The position numbers and the translations under genes were made by a program. DNA of 63,704 nucleotides, filler included, from Craspedostauros australis (taxonomy: Eukaryota), in assembly GCA_030167865.1 (NCBI GenBank). It is 13 parts of 13 records of this genome, joined end to end, with 100 filler letters (N's around TTAATTAATTAA, not from the genome) between each part and the next. Parts side by side here need not be neighbours in the genome. Positions count along the whole stretch, not along the records: positions 35,071 to 37,137 come from JALAGF010004682.1; positions 37,238 to 42,412 come from JALAGF010004683.1; positions 42,513 to 45,437 come from JALAGF010004684.1; positions 45,538 to 46,883 come from JALAGF010004685.1; positions 46,984 to 51,340 come from JALAGF010004686.1; 8 more parts are not named here. One strand, 5' to 3'. Below the pieces are notes generated by a model, which was not told the origin of the DNA, did not search any database, and worked only from the letters and a program-made list of their open reading frames with translations. How positions within the stretch are numbered: position 1 is the first letter of the stretch; each line of letters opens with the position of its first letter. Below, piece by piece: positions 37,072 through 49,923 of this stretch.

Positions 37072-37504
37072 CTGATCGGAAAAAAGATGATGGACATCAG
37101 TGAGGCATTGCGAGGCATGGCGAGGCAACAGAAAGTGNNNNNNNNNNNNNNNNNNNNNNNNNNNNNNNNNNNNNNNNNNNNTTAATTAATTAANNNNNNN
37201 NNNNNNNNNNNNNNNNNNNNNNNNNNNNNNNNNNNNNGTACTCGATACGTGCTCCGTATTTGATACGTATTCAGTTGTCTCATCCTCTACTGGCCTACTA
37301 CTTTGTGTGCAGTTTCCAACATCTCATCCGAACTCCTCCTTGCATATCCACGATCTCAATGTCCCTTGGTCATCAAATCTTCGCCTTCTCGATCTGATGT
37401 GGAGACAGATGTCGACATGGTGACATGATGACATCTTGTCAACGTCAGCTGTCACCTTCCACAGTCCTTCTGATTCCATGTTCCATCAATGATGCGATGG
37501 TCTG

Positions 37505-37665
37505 GTGAGGATATTGTCATTTGAGGTTTAGTTGGGAAATACATTGAGCTTCACTTGATGCCATGCATTTCCTTTGATGGATGGACGGACGATGTTCCTG
37601 ATACTCTCAGAAATCGTTGATTGCAAATTTCCTCCAGAAATTCTGCTCGTTTTCATGTGTTCGAT
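37505..37665. repeat. Diverged copy of the dispersed repeat at 35075
   Basis: Direct sequence similarity to 35075-35220. Confidence 0.75.
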
Positions 37666-39451
37666 TTGGTGATGTGATTTCGTTCAATCACAGTTCACTC
37701 ACGACACGAATGTAGTTGTACCATCCATAGATGAGTATAAGAGAACAATGGGTGAGTGATGTACATACACATTTGCACATTCCTACAGTCGTGGATGATT
37801 TTTCCACTTGTTTGCGCCATTGCACTGAGAGTGAGTGATGCATACAAACATGTACACAAAACCTCAACAAACAAGTACATGGAAGGCTCTCATTCAAAGC
37901 TACACACTGAGGAATTGGTAAGGTGCATCACAGAGACGTTGACAACAACAAGTCAAAACGAAACGAGCAAGTTCCAGTGTGCAACACACAGCATACACAA
38001 CTTTGATGCATACAAGAGCGTTGGGTGAACGCAACTAGAATGTGGCGAACCCTGTAAGATCGAGCACCTTGATAGTGGCGGTANGCAGTCGTGTATTCTA
38101 TTGCAGTGCAGATAATAATGCTGTGTTGGCGATCATGATGCGCAGCAGGGTACTCCCAAAAAAGATGACTCGTGCACGCGACGAGCCAGCCTGTAGTATG
38201 CGCACGAAGCTCGTATTTGCCCACATGATCGCCGCGAACAGAAAGGAGACAAAATGAACGAATATCTGATACTGGGATGGAGGTATCTCATTGAGCAACT
38301 CAGAGAAATGACGTCACATGTTGGTGTGGTGTTGCGACACACCCACAAAGACAAAAAAGAGTCTGTTGATGACGTGGTTGCGAGCGTGCAGCACTCGGGA
38401 AGGAGCATTGGGAATAACAGGAACAGGGTTTACCGCAGCTTCCAACTTAACCCTTCACCGTTAATGACAGTCCCAACTCATGTCCCACAGCACACTCGTA
38501 CGAGCGGAGTAGTACTATTATAGCCCAAGGTACCGAACCTTACTATGGAAGAAGGCGAGCTCGGGGAAAGTGTAGACATCGTCACTTCACGTTGTTGTGT
38601 CTGGCGGGTGTCTCTGTACCTCGTCACTGGAACCTCTGTGCTCACTTTTTGCTTTGATTTCTTTGCTGGTCTTTTCGAGATCGTCGCCACAAATAAGAGG
38701 AGGGTGCCAGTTCTCCACTCTTGCAACATCCCCCTCTCGGTGTTCCTTGTGTCGCACAACACTCTGCGGGCAACCATTAATGGAGTCTTTTGGCGCACTC
38801 CGATTTCCGTTGGCTCCCTTTCGCCATCTTCTGACTCGTGGGGCGCGAAGGAACTTCTTCGCGGGTTGTCGCATCGATGAGCGCGAGCCTTCGTTGCTTC
38901 GGTCCCCTGCTGTCCTGCTGGCCATGCATTGACACCACTGGTACTGGTATAGCACTTGCGTCAGTGCAGGGCCAGCCTCGCCACTGGAACTGTTGCATCA
39001 ACGACGGGAGCAAAAGAGGCACAGGATCACATCCTCGACGAAAACACACACCACAACATCCCTGCTTGCTTGCGATACACGATGCCCTCGCCTGAAACAA
39101 AAATCGCTCGGGCAGGTTCGCCATCATCCGATCGGGCGCAGTCGCCACACGCGCAGCGTGCATTTCATCCTCTCCGCTCACGTAAGCCCAACTTTCCAAC
39201 ACCATGATCTGCACACACCGCGGGTTTTGGCGTGACCAGGACAAACAACAGCAGAGCACTCTGCCGATAAGGATACTCTTCTCGCGCTTCTTCATGGATG
39301 GTGTTTACTCATGGCAACTCACTCCTCGTCCTCACAAAAAGCATTCGCTGACAACCAAAGCAACGAGCAACACACAGCGGCCAGCAACCAGCAGCACTCA
39401 CAAACCAATTCCCTATTCTTCCTACTCTGACTCAAGCATCCGATCTTCATC

Positions 39452-40824
39452 ATGGTTTCCTTCGGCAAAGCAACTCTGTTCCTCTCGATCATGAGCTCCG
39501 TCATGGGGTTCACCTTGGGCGATGGTACGTAAAGCATCACGAGATGCTCCAGGCCTGCTGAAGACTGCATGTGCCCAACAACTGCGTGGATGATCATCCA
39601 ACTCACATCTCCGTTTGCACCGACATGCGTCTGCATCGTCCATTGTCCATCGCAACTCTCAATGTGTATCCTCCTCCCGCTTCCCCCACCACAATAGAAG
39701 TCGAAGTGATGATGCAGAAGACCCGCAACCTCAAGGGTGCCAGCGGCGGCTCCCAATCCAAGGGCTCCAAGAAAGGAGAATTCCCGCCCAATCAACCAGG
39801 GGCTGACCCGGAGGCATGGAGGCGCAGCAGCTCTGCTTGGTACTACGAGCAACTCGGTCAAATTCAAAGCAGGGAACTCATCGAGCAACTGGCTGGAGTC
39901 TCTGCCATTCCTGTCGGTGGTACGGACACCACGCTTGCCAACTCACTGGACGCGATTGTTGGTGTCGATGCCTGCGTGGACGGCAATCCAGGGATCGGAC
40001 GAAACGGAGAATTCACTGAGACGTCTTGCGATACACTCAAGAAGCTCATCGAGTTTTGGTCGCTTGATCCTGCCATCGACAAGACGCAACTGGCAAGGAT
40101 CCAAATGCAAGGTTTGAAGGGACAAATTCTGGCAAATACAGCCTTGCTGAAGGCAGCCTTCGCCAATTCTCCAACCGTCACCGACGAACTCATCCAGCAG
40201 CTGCAGGCAGGGATCCAGCTGGGGCTGCCAGGTGGTTTCGACAACCCTCTGCTCACGCCCGCCTCGTCTGGTGCTGGGTTACTGACCGACGCAGGGACGA
40301 TTGGCGAGCCAGTTATCGATCCATCCGGCGCCAGGAGCTTCCAGCAATACCCCATCGCTTCCATCAGTCTTGGAGACGGTTTCATGGATAGGTTGGCAGA
40401 AATGGATCTCGCATCAACCTTCTTCCTGGAGAGGGTCATCGTCAATCTCTTCCCCTTATTCTTCATGACCGTTGTTGAACCAGTTTCCAGTGCAAATCCT
40501 CCCGGGTTGGCTCCGGAAACGCCAATCGACACCGATTTCCGTATTACCGAACGTGAAGTCATCCGCCATGCGTTGGAGGGATACTTTTTTGCTCACATGA
40601 AGGGTACGCTCTATTTTGATACCTTCTGTGACTTGTTGGAGCAGCCGCGTGCATCCGGAGCGCGTGGCACCTGCGGTGTCATCGTCGGCGCAACGCTTGC
40701 TGACATGGATGGGGACGTGGTGAATGCGAAGAGGGTCGTCGAATATGCCAGAGCCAACAGGGATGGCATTTTGAGCGCCGACCCATCCATCTGCCCAACC
40801 CCACCCGGCTGCTTCGATGGTTGA
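39452..40824 (+). CDS. Secreted hypothetical protein; exons 39452-39524 and 39698-40824
   Basis: Exon 1 encodes a signal peptide (MVSFGKATLFLSIMSSVMGFTLG). A phase-1 GTACGT..TAG intron follows, then RNLKG with a Ser/Lys/Gly tract and a globular-looking domain. Confidence 0.75.
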
Positions 40825-41308
40825 GCTGTCAACCTTTGCGCACCTTGTCGATGCGAAAGCCATACTTGCGAATGGTCATGTCGGCATCAAACTTGGAATA
40901 CCATAATATAGTCGGTACTTAATTCATGGAAGTGAACGATCATCAATCTACCCAGAGATCTCATTCATACCTGTACTTGCATTTGCATTTGTACTTGTGA
41001 GAGTTGTTGATCGAGGTCATGGTGCGAGCGGAGAGAGTCCGTGCCGCTTGGTGGAAGAAACTCGACAAGAAGCCATGATGCGCCGTTTGTTAGAAGCACT
41101 CGTAGATCGTACCATATGCCACGTAGTACGAGCTACGCACGCAGAGCCGAGCACACACCAACGATGGGCGACTGTACCATGGCCATACGAGCGAGCGCAA
41201 CAATTGCGAGCGGAGTAGAGGACAGCGGAGTAGTTTGGTTTGATCGAAGCAACCTTGTTTTCGCCCATGGCGCAGCGACCTTCAAAGTTCAAACCAGATG
41301 TCGCCTTC

Positions 41309-41367
41309 GGTAGGTAGGTAGGTAAGCAGGCAGGTAGGTAGGTAAGCAGGCAGGCAGGCAGGCAGGC
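41309..41367. repeat. Compound tetranucleotide microsatellite (GGTA)n/(GGCA)n
   Basis: ggtaggtaggtaggtaagcaggcaggtaggtaggtaagcaggcaggcaggcaggcagg read directly. Confidence 0.9.
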
Positions 41368-41968
41368 TGGAGTGGAGTGGAGTGCTCTCTAGACTATGTA
41401 CCTTGTACTAGAGGGTATGTTCCGATATTCTCTAGCTTGCTTCTGTTGGTTGCGGCATCAGTCACGCCCAGGACTCGACGCGCTTTCAGCTCGAACGAAT
41501 GTGTGTCGGCTCTGATTTGTCCGTTCGAGTTCGAAACAATGGTGTTCACACGCCATCGCGTTTCGGCATGATGGTTAATTGACGTTAAGTTTTGTATCAA
41601 CATTTATTACCAAATGAATGTTACATCCAAATATGACCGACGCGACGCTGACGCCAGCCGTCACCGATTCCATTTTGCGGACTACGAGCCTGCTTCACTC
41701 ATCTTTTCGAAAATCAAACAACAAGTACAAACAAAAGCAAAGGAATGGCAAGTCAAGCAGAAGCAGAAGCGACCAGGAAAATGTGGGAACAACCAGCATC
41801 ACGTACTAATACAGAGACATACCAGACAGCCACCGGCAACAACAGGCAACTTCGCAACATCTATCGGACCTGAAATTGTTGTGCTCACAATCTCAGATCT
41901 TGCAATCTCTGCAACGCTCAATCACAGCAACAACCAGAGTATCAACAAGCAACCCAACAACAAGCAAG

Positions 41969-42412
41969 ATGGATCCCATTCAGCTCATCAAGTCGGTGTA
42001 CTCCACCGGACTCCTCATCTTCTCGATCACCATCGTCTGCGGACTCATCTTCAATGAGCAGACCAAGGTCTCGTCCGAGGTCCACCCAGTGGTCGCCGTC
42101 GTCATCATGATCACGGCCCTTGTCTGGCTCAACATGGTGGAGGGAGGACAGGGTTCCCTCGTCGGTCTCCCGCCAGTCGACCGCGACCTCTACGTCGAAT
42201 CCCACCCAACCGCCCACCAGTGCACCTCCCTCGCCCACAAGGGTGACAACCTCGACCGCTACCTCATGGGACGTCAGTTCATGGTCCTCCTCATGGTCTT
42301 CACTATCAACCAGTGCGGTGCCCCGCTTGCCGATGCCGAAGTCTTCGGACTCCCAGACATCATCATCCAGATCTTCCTCGGATCCGGAGCCGCCATGATC
42401 CTCATGACCGCT
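41969..42412 (+). CDS. SIT: Silicon (silicic acid) transporter, N-terminal part, truncated by the gap
   Basis: SIT GXQ motifs VEGGQ.SLVGL.P and NLDRYLMGRQFMV; several TM helices; strong codon bias. Confidence 0.95.
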
Positions 42413-42512
42413 NNNNNNNNNNNNNNNNNNNNNNNNNNNNNNNNNNNNNNNNNNNNTTAATTAATTAANNNNNNNNNNNNNNNNNNNNNNNNNNNNNNNN
42501 NNNNNNNNNNNN

Positions 42513-45437
42513 TGCTGAGAACTGCGAGAGCTTGACCACGGGGAAAGTGATGTCTGGACGACAAGTCACCATGGGCCAGATAAGCTCACCAATAGCTTGC
42601 CGATATGACCCAAACTTGGCTTGAATCTTGCGAAGCTCACCAGAATCGAGTGCCTCCGCATCATCCAGAGCCTTGACATGAGCATTGCTGGCCGCCATGG
42701 GAAGTTCAGTGTCATGCATGTCGTCCCAATCATGACGCCGGAATACCTTGCCAAGGTATGTGGCGTTGTGCATGGTGATATGCGTGGACGTTTGAATGAT
42801 ATCGGCCCCATTGAAGTGCTGGAGCAAACCGAAACGCTTCATGGGCACGAAGAGAAACCCATCAAGTTCATCACAGATCGCCCCAAACGTGTCAGCATTG
42901 TCGCATGCGATGGCGAAGTCGTCAACTTGTCTGAGGAACAGAACGTCGTGCCCGTTGTATGTGGCCCTGTAAAGGCACGGAGCATGTGTGGTCGGCTTGA
43001 ACCCCATGCGCTGCAGTTGAGCATCGATGTGCCTTGCCCACTGTCGGGGCGCCTCAGGATGCCCTTGAAGGTTCTTGCAGATGGGAATGACATGTCCCTT
43101 CGGAATGGGTGGCTTGCCTTTCGACTTCCACCAGTTGGCGAATGGTATGTCCACGTGCATGAAGTANNNNNNNNNNNNNNNNNNNNNNNNNNNNNNNNNN
43201 NNNNNNACATCGGCGCCGTAGATTTTCTTGTTTTCCAAAGCCGAGATGGCCACAAAAAGTCGAAAATCCGTAGCATCCGGTGTCGCAGTGAAGGTGTGTC
43301 CAGTGATGACGGCCTTGCCTGCGCGAGGAGATCCATCGCACACTGCGCGGGCCTTGCAGCGTGTCTCAGTGGGATTCTGTTTGAGCACGTAGACCCAGAC
43401 CCAATGGAACACCTGGTCACCGCCTTGAGCAGCCACTGGGCTGCCGAACATGCCCTGGTCGTCGTANTGCTGGAGCTGCTGAAACTCAGATTGCTCCCAA
43501 AGCTCCCAGTCGTCTTGACCACGTAACACTCGTCGTGTGAGCTTGAGCGCCACTCGATGACGTGAAGATGAGTCGTCACCGCCGTCGTTTTTGGCGGCAC
43601 GGCACAGCGCCCGGATGTCTCGCCATTGGTCGAAGTACAGTTGTACCAGACCACGAGCGGACAGAGTGTTGCGTATGGCGTCAAAAGCGAACGTGAAGGT
43701 GGCTTGAGTTTCACCAAGTCCTCGAGCGTCACGGACGACCGTCTCAAGTTCCGGCAGGTCGTATACTGGTAGGCCATTGACCGCCAGCAAGTATGCGCCG
43801 CGAAGCCTTGATTTCCACTGGGGTACACGCCGTGCGCGCTGCCCAGAAGAAATGTCGAAGAGTCGAAGCCTCTCACGGTGATTGTTCGAGTTCCACTCGA
43901 TGCCCGCATGCGGATGGTTGCCGAACAACGGTATGTCCACGTCGAAAGACTTGTCATACGGATGGCCGGACATGTCCAGCATCATGACATCGTTCATGGG
44001 TGGTTTGGCATGCACGGCTGCAGCAGACGCAGCCGGCGCGATGTGTAATCCGTCACGGAGAGGTAGCGGAACGAAGCTTGCACCCTGAATCCCAGGCAGG
44101 GCCTTGAGCTTGTCAAGTGTTGGTTGAATGGCGAAAGGTGGATCACCAACTTTTGGTTCCGCAGCTGCACCTTCGACAGGTGTCTCAACCTGTTCAGCAC
44201 CCAGGTCGAAGAGAAGTTGGGCTGAGGGTGGACGATCCGTGCACATGTAGTGTGCCTCATCGAACACCACGGAACCACCAACCTTGACAGTGCCGGAGTC
44301 CAGATNGATGTACCGAATATTGACTCCATCGCCCATGAATCCAAGGAAGATCCCGCTGTANGTGTGCACATCCAGCTTTCGGATGGCTTTGTCAGGTTTG
44401 CGAACCGTGACGCGAGATCCAAATACCCTCAGATGTGCAATATCGGGGATGTTGCCGTTGAGCGCTTCATATGGTGTTTTGCCAATGGCAGCATGCCACA
44501 TGCGATTGCGCAGATATGCAGCATGTAGCAGCGCGGCCGACCAATACTGCGGTGGCAGACCAGCCCCATACAGCATGGCACGAACCATGACCGCGTACAC
44601 TCGATTGAGTCTCTCAGCCTTGCCATTTCGATGATGTACACCGGCGCCCGTTGGTTCGAGGATGTACCCAGCATCACGAACCATTTCCGCGAATGCCCGG
44701 GATGTGTACAGCTCACCACCATGATCCACTCGAATGGCACGGTAGCCGTCCTTCCGACCGAACCGTTGGAGGTGTGTACGCACCACATCGACTGGAGTGC
44801 TCTTGCCTTCGGTGTTAAACACCCACGCGTACCTCGAGTATGCATCCACGATGAGTAGATATGCAGTACATCGGTCAAAGGACTCCACCACTGCCGGCAT
44901 GTTCTTGACTTTGGCGTACTGAGACGAGCTCGCACGCATGTAGCCGAAGTCCATATGGAATCGAGAACCAACCGCCAGAGCGGAAACGTCAGCAGTAGGA
45001 CCTCTCGGCTGTCGNTGTGCACGGGCCTCCATGCACGTGGTGCACATGCGGACCGGATGTTGACCGGTTGCAACCTTGGCGGGGATGCCCACAGAGTGTT
45101 GTGGAAGGTGCACCATCTGATGATGCCCAGGATGTCCGAGGCGCTGATGCCACAGCTCGTAGGTGAGGGCCTTGTTTCCAGTAGACGCTGTCACGCTGTG
45201 TACAGAGTACAGAGCCATGAAAAAGTAGAGGTCGTTGATCCTCACCATGGAAGCGCGCTTGGAGAACTTGTGTGCGTTGCCATAGAACCTGACATGGGGG
45301 TCATTACGATCCCTGCACACCACATCGAAGGTGTCATACACCGCCGAGTGCTCACAGATGAGCTGTGGAGAGAGAAGAGTGGCCGAGACGTGCTGGCAGA
45401 AGTACATCGGGATGGGGATGACATCGCCATCGTCGAG
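42513..45437 (-). mobile_element. Ty1/copia pol (integrase, PDZ-like insert, RT); distinct lineage
   Basis: Integrase motifs LWHQRLGHPG..CTTC, FHMDFG, IRVDHGGE, NGKAER and VVFDE. RT motifs KARAVCDGS, LQGHPEAPRQW, LRQVDDF and CRPDI. Confidence 0.93.
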
Positions 45438-45537
45438 NNNNNNNNNNNNNNNNNNNNNNNNNNNNNNNNNNNNNNNNNNNNTTAATTAATTAANNNNNNN
45501 NNNNNNNNNNNNNNNNNNNNNNNNNNNNNNNNNNNNN

Positions 45538-46883
45538 TGCGTATATCTTCTCGTTGGTATATGCGTTGACGAATGCGTTGCCGACATCGCCGCAGAGCTG
45601 GTCCAGTTTGTTCGCGTCGGCAATGACGTCGAGTATTCTCACGCTGGTCGACTTGACTGTCGATGAGTAGACACGAATGTTATCTGCCAGCTCGATGAGG
45701 TGTCCTCCCGCCACGAGTCGTGCCTTGCGTCTCAGGTCCTGCTTGACTGCGAAGATGAGTCTGAGCTTNGTGCTCTGGTATTCGGATGATGGTCGATGTG
45801 TTGACGGATGGAATTCGAAGCAGTCGAGNTCGATGAGTGCATCGATCTCCTTCTTGGCTGCTGCCTTCCACATGTCGTTGTTGTTGGCCTGNTCGAGTTG
45901 CAAAGCGTGTTTCATNTTGCGTGGAACCTCGACTCCGTATTGAAATACAGTTGCGAAGAAGTCTTTCTTCTGCTTCTTCTTTCCTGGCCGGACCCGTCGT
46001 ATGATTGTCACGTTGTCGTTGCCGTCGATCGAGAATTGATGCGTGCGCTCTATTCGTTGGATGCGCCGTCTGATCGCTCGTAGTGCATGGGTTGCCCATT
46101 TCAACATCGTTTGCGATTGACGATTGTGCCGTCCGTGTCGAGTAGGCTTGTTCGCGACAATGTAGCGAGCCACNNNNNNNNNNNNNNNNNNNNNNNNNNN
46201 NNNNNNNNNNNNNNNNNNNNNNNNNNNNNNNNNNNNNNNNNNNNNNNNNNNNNNNNNNNNNNNNNNNNNNNNNNNNNNNNNNNNNNNNNNNNNNNNNNNN
46301 NNNNTTGGATCGACCTTGTCGACCTGATTCTGAAACATTTCATCGTGTTCGCGCTCTGCAAGAGAGCTTTGACGCCCCTGAGTCCGCTGCTCCGGTGGAT
46401 CCGGCATAGGTTCCGCCGCCGAGCCGTCGGACTCCACTGAGATGTCGTCATCTGGAATGTCGTCATCTGGAATGTCGTCGCCGTCGTCGTCGTCATCCGA
46501 TATCATGCCAGCGGCGTCCTGTCCGCGCATGCCATCGTCATCTGGTACGATGTTCGGCCGCCCAAACCATTGATCCTCCGATGGAGTAGTATTTGCGTCG
46601 ACCTCGACGCCCCTGACCCGTTCNGGTCCAGGTTCCGGAATGCAAGCCGCCGCCCCTGACCGCACAGCAATCGCGTCGATGGCCTCNCGGACCTGTCGAG
46701 CGAGCTCAGCTGGCATCGTCTTGGTGCGTGCCCTGTCCCCCGAAGCGCCCCTGGTCTTGTAGTGTATGAGGTCGAGTCGAGCGATCCGCTGTATTTCCGC
46801 GTCAGTGATCCGTGGCACTTCTGCATTCTCCAAAATTCGCGGTTTCACGATGTTCCGGACGAGTGCTGTGCCTTTCTTGATGT
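45538..46883 (-). mobile_element. Ty1/copia pol fragment (acidic spacer and RT N-terminus)
   Basis: Motifs FQYGVEVP, W..A..KEI, IFAVKQDLRRKARLVAGGH and GDVGNAFVNA. Confidence 0.9.
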
Positions 46884-46983
46884 NNNNNNNNNNNNNNNNN
46901 NNNNNNNNNNNNNNNNNNNNNNNNNNNTTAATTAATTAANNNNNNNNNNNNNNNNNNNNNNNNNNNNNNNNNNNNNNNNNNNN

Positions 46984-47063
46984 GTGCGTATGAGAGAATA
47001 GCGGGTGAACGATGCACATATACACGTACATCTTGACATATACTCACATGTACATCTCGACAC
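46984..47063. repeat. Copy of the dispersed repeat at 35284-35363
   Basis: Near-identical ~80-bp segment at the contig edge. Confidence 0.85.
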
Positions 47064-47898
47064 ATGTACATATGCACATTCCAACAATAAATGAGCTTTC
47101 CAAGGCTGTTCATGAGGTATTTTGCTTTGAAAGCTGTTGTTTTGTAGATGATGGGTACATTGGGGCCAGTGACACTGCGGTTGGAATTGATGGGCCCCAC
47201 GAAGTGCGGATCGTTCTCTTGCATCATCATGAATTGTGAAAGGGCCAGATCTGTTGCACTTCCCATATTGGACCAGTCGGCTGTTCAGTTGCATGTATCT
47301 CTGATGATGGCGATGCAGTGATCAAGTTCACCTGTTCCTGTGTATTCGTATGTGTATGAGCATGAGTGTGTATCTGCATGCTGGTATTGGTAGGTTCCTG
47401 TGCAATTGTCTGCATTGCCAGCTCCTCCGTACTTGCAGCGTCATTCAATACGGACTGAATCTGCATCTGGATCACGGCTGCTTTCAAAGTCTACGTGGAA
47501 GCACGCAACGAAAGACCGCAGAGGAGTGCGCCGAAGATCACGGCACGTCTACATCGAGTGGCTGACCGTACCATGGTCCGCGCTCTATGAAAGGATGGAG
47601 ATGGTGCTGTGTCTTGTTGTGAATAGTATTATACATTGTGAGTGTGGTGGTTTGGATCCGTCAAGGTATCCACACCATTGGCGTCGTTGCGAATGTTGGG
47701 TTGTTGATAGTTTCACGATTGAAGGACACGTTCAGTCACGATCTTTTCGTGATCGCGTGCGAATCTAGTACCAAGGCACCACGACAGAAACGAAGGTGCT
47801 CATATAATATGCATTATATGATCTACCATGCAAATATTGGTATGTAGGCATGGATTGATGAAGGTAGCAAGATTATATATGCTTAACACCATGATCCA

Positions 47899-49503
47899 TT
47901 ATGATTCGACGGCATCGCCGCCACCACCGCCACAACAAGTCCGCCAATTGTTCAGTTCGATTTGCACGGCTTCAATGATCGGCGCAATGCCGGCACACAA
48001 GTTGTCCGCGCGCCCCTGTTTGCGGTCGCGCAAGGACTGCATACTTGCATACGCTTCACTGGTGTTCCTACCCAAGAAGATGTGCGCATGATGCAAGCCG
48101 CAGACTGTGGCCAACGAACCAAAGAAGTCGGGCAAGTAGTACTTGGATGGGAAGATTTCGATCACCGATCCGCATCGCGGCATGAAGAAGATGCCGGTGA
48201 GCTGCGCACCGTGTGGTGCGATGAGAATGTCGACGTTGGTGAATGCCCGCGCTTGGTCCTGATAGGACATGTTCTCAAAGTAGAATACGGATGGTTTGTA
48301 GGGGAGGTGGAAATGCTCCTGCAGGCGCAGCGATATCGTCGTAGATTGCAGAAGGCGGCGAGTCACACGTCGATTCAGAATGGCGATGCGCGGAAATGTG
48401 CTGTTGGTCAAGTGATGTTGGATGGAAGCCCCACCGCCGTCGCTGGTTTGAACTTCTGAACCACTGGCACCTCCGCAATACGTCGTTTCGCTTGGAAGGA
48501 TTGGAATCAGTTCCATGGCTTTGCTTCGGAAGTGCGGCACATCCGTGATGTTGCCCACTCGAAAAATGTTGCTGTTTCTGGACCATGCAACCAACATGCC
48601 GCGCTTCTTGCCCTTCGCATTTTTGGCGTATTCAGGTGGATACGAGATTGTGGTATCCAGAGTGATATTGTTGCGTTCCAACAACTCCAGCATGGCGGAG
48701 TTGAAGCTCGTTCGATTCGTCATCAAGAGCTTCTGCTCCGGGCTCAGCATCATGATATACTTGGCGCGGGGGAAACGCCGCCACATGGACCAGCACTGGA
48801 GGATGTGCTGCAGGGCGTGGGGGAAGTGATGCATGTCGCTGCGTTGAGAAATTGCGCAGACCGCCGTGTGCAATGGTTTGTTTCCCGCGGCCAGCCTCTT
48901 CTGATCCGTATCCATGCAATTACCATGCACACATTTGATGATCTTGATGATCGGGAACGTTCGTTCATATTTCAAGCTTGCGTACATCACTGGAAGTGAA
49001 GCATCGGTGACGTTGCAAGCTGAATCTGAGGGTTCCGCGAACATCGGATCAGCCTCTTGCACGGTCATGAAGCGTGGGAATTGTACGATTTGTGACATCA
49101 AACCCGATGGTACGACTTGTATCGGTTGTTTTGTGGACCCTTGTTGTGTCGGCTGCGGAGTTGGCTGCTTCGTCGGTGGTTGTGTGGATGCTTGTTGTGT
49201 CGACTGCTCCGTAGATTGCACCGTTTCATGTTCTACCTGTGAATGCTCTTGAATCTGCATCGGCGGCTCTGTGGAGAATCGCTCAGTATTCGTAGGCACT
49301 GACGTATTTGTCTCCAACCCGATTTGCGGCAGCGTCAATCGCTGTTCCGCAACCGGCAACCCTTGAGATGGGATTGACATTGCGGCCTCATACTCATCGA
49401 GATTGGTGGGGATTGCCGTCATGGACGTCAACAATGAGGCCACGAACATGATCATGGTCACCACGGCCACGACGGCCCTTCCGATCGTCCGTGCGCGCAT
49501 CAT
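47899..49503 (-). CDS. Glycosyltransferase family 61-like type II membrane protein
   Basis: N-terminal TM segment, Q/T/P stem, and motifs HHFPHALQHILQCWSMW, RIAILNR and DILIAPHGAQLTGIFFMPRCGSVIEIFP. Confidence 0.85.
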   Translation of the reverse strand: MMRARTIGRAVVAVVTMIMFVASLLTSMTAIPTNLDEYEAAMSIPSQGLPVAEQRLTLPQIGLETNTSVPTNTERFSTEPPMQIQEHSQVEHETVQSTEQSTQQASTQPPTKQPTPQPTQQGSTKQPIQVVPSGLMSQIVQFPRFMTVQEADPMFAEPSDSACNVTDASLPVMYASLKYERTFPIIKIIKCVHGNCMDTDQKRLAAGNKPLHTAVCAISQRSDMHHFPHALQHILQCWSMWRRFPRAKYIMMLSPEQKLLMTNRTSFNSAMLELLERNNITLDTTISYPPEYAKNAKGKKRGMLVAWSRNSNIFRVGNITDVPHFRSKAMELIPILPSETTYCGGASGSEVQTSDGGGASIQHHLTNSTFPRIAILNRRVTRRLLQSTTISLRLQEHFHLPYKPSVFYFENMSYQDQARAFTNVDILIAPHGAQLTGIFFMPRCGSVIEIFPSKYYLPDFFGSLATVCGLHHAHIFLGRNTSEAYASMQSLRDRKQGRADNLCAGIAPIIEAVQIELNNWRTCCGGGGGDAVES

Positions 49504-49923
49504 GTTGCAAGCGCTTCTCCGATCACGGGGGAAATCAAGGTTGATGGTGGAGATGGAATGATTGTGATCATGTCCAAGTCCAAGTCGGAATGAGGCCAAC
49601 AACACCAACAGCAACAATGACGTGATGAGTCGGAACGAGCCGTTGATTTTGTTCGCTCACATTGTAGTCGAACGAGTCGAATATCAATGGTGATTTTCGC
49701 GCCAAGTTCACCACTTCCGATGGAAACAATGACACGAGACGAATCTGCAGAATAGTATGGTACGAGTAGTCCTTAAGAGAGTTCCTCGAAGAGAGGCCGT
49801 GTGGGTCGTACGAGTACTAGTCGCAAGCAGGAAAATCATGCTTCATTGAGTGCGTATCCCTTTCCGACTCAGCTCGTTCTTCAACTCTGCCCGCTGCTTC
49901 GTGCGTGCCTCCAGCCACACTCC

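Noticed and set aside
37690..39300. Short ORFs in the region upstream of the 39452 gene
   Set aside because: They show no motifs, codon bias or coherent splice pattern, so the region is treated as intergenic.
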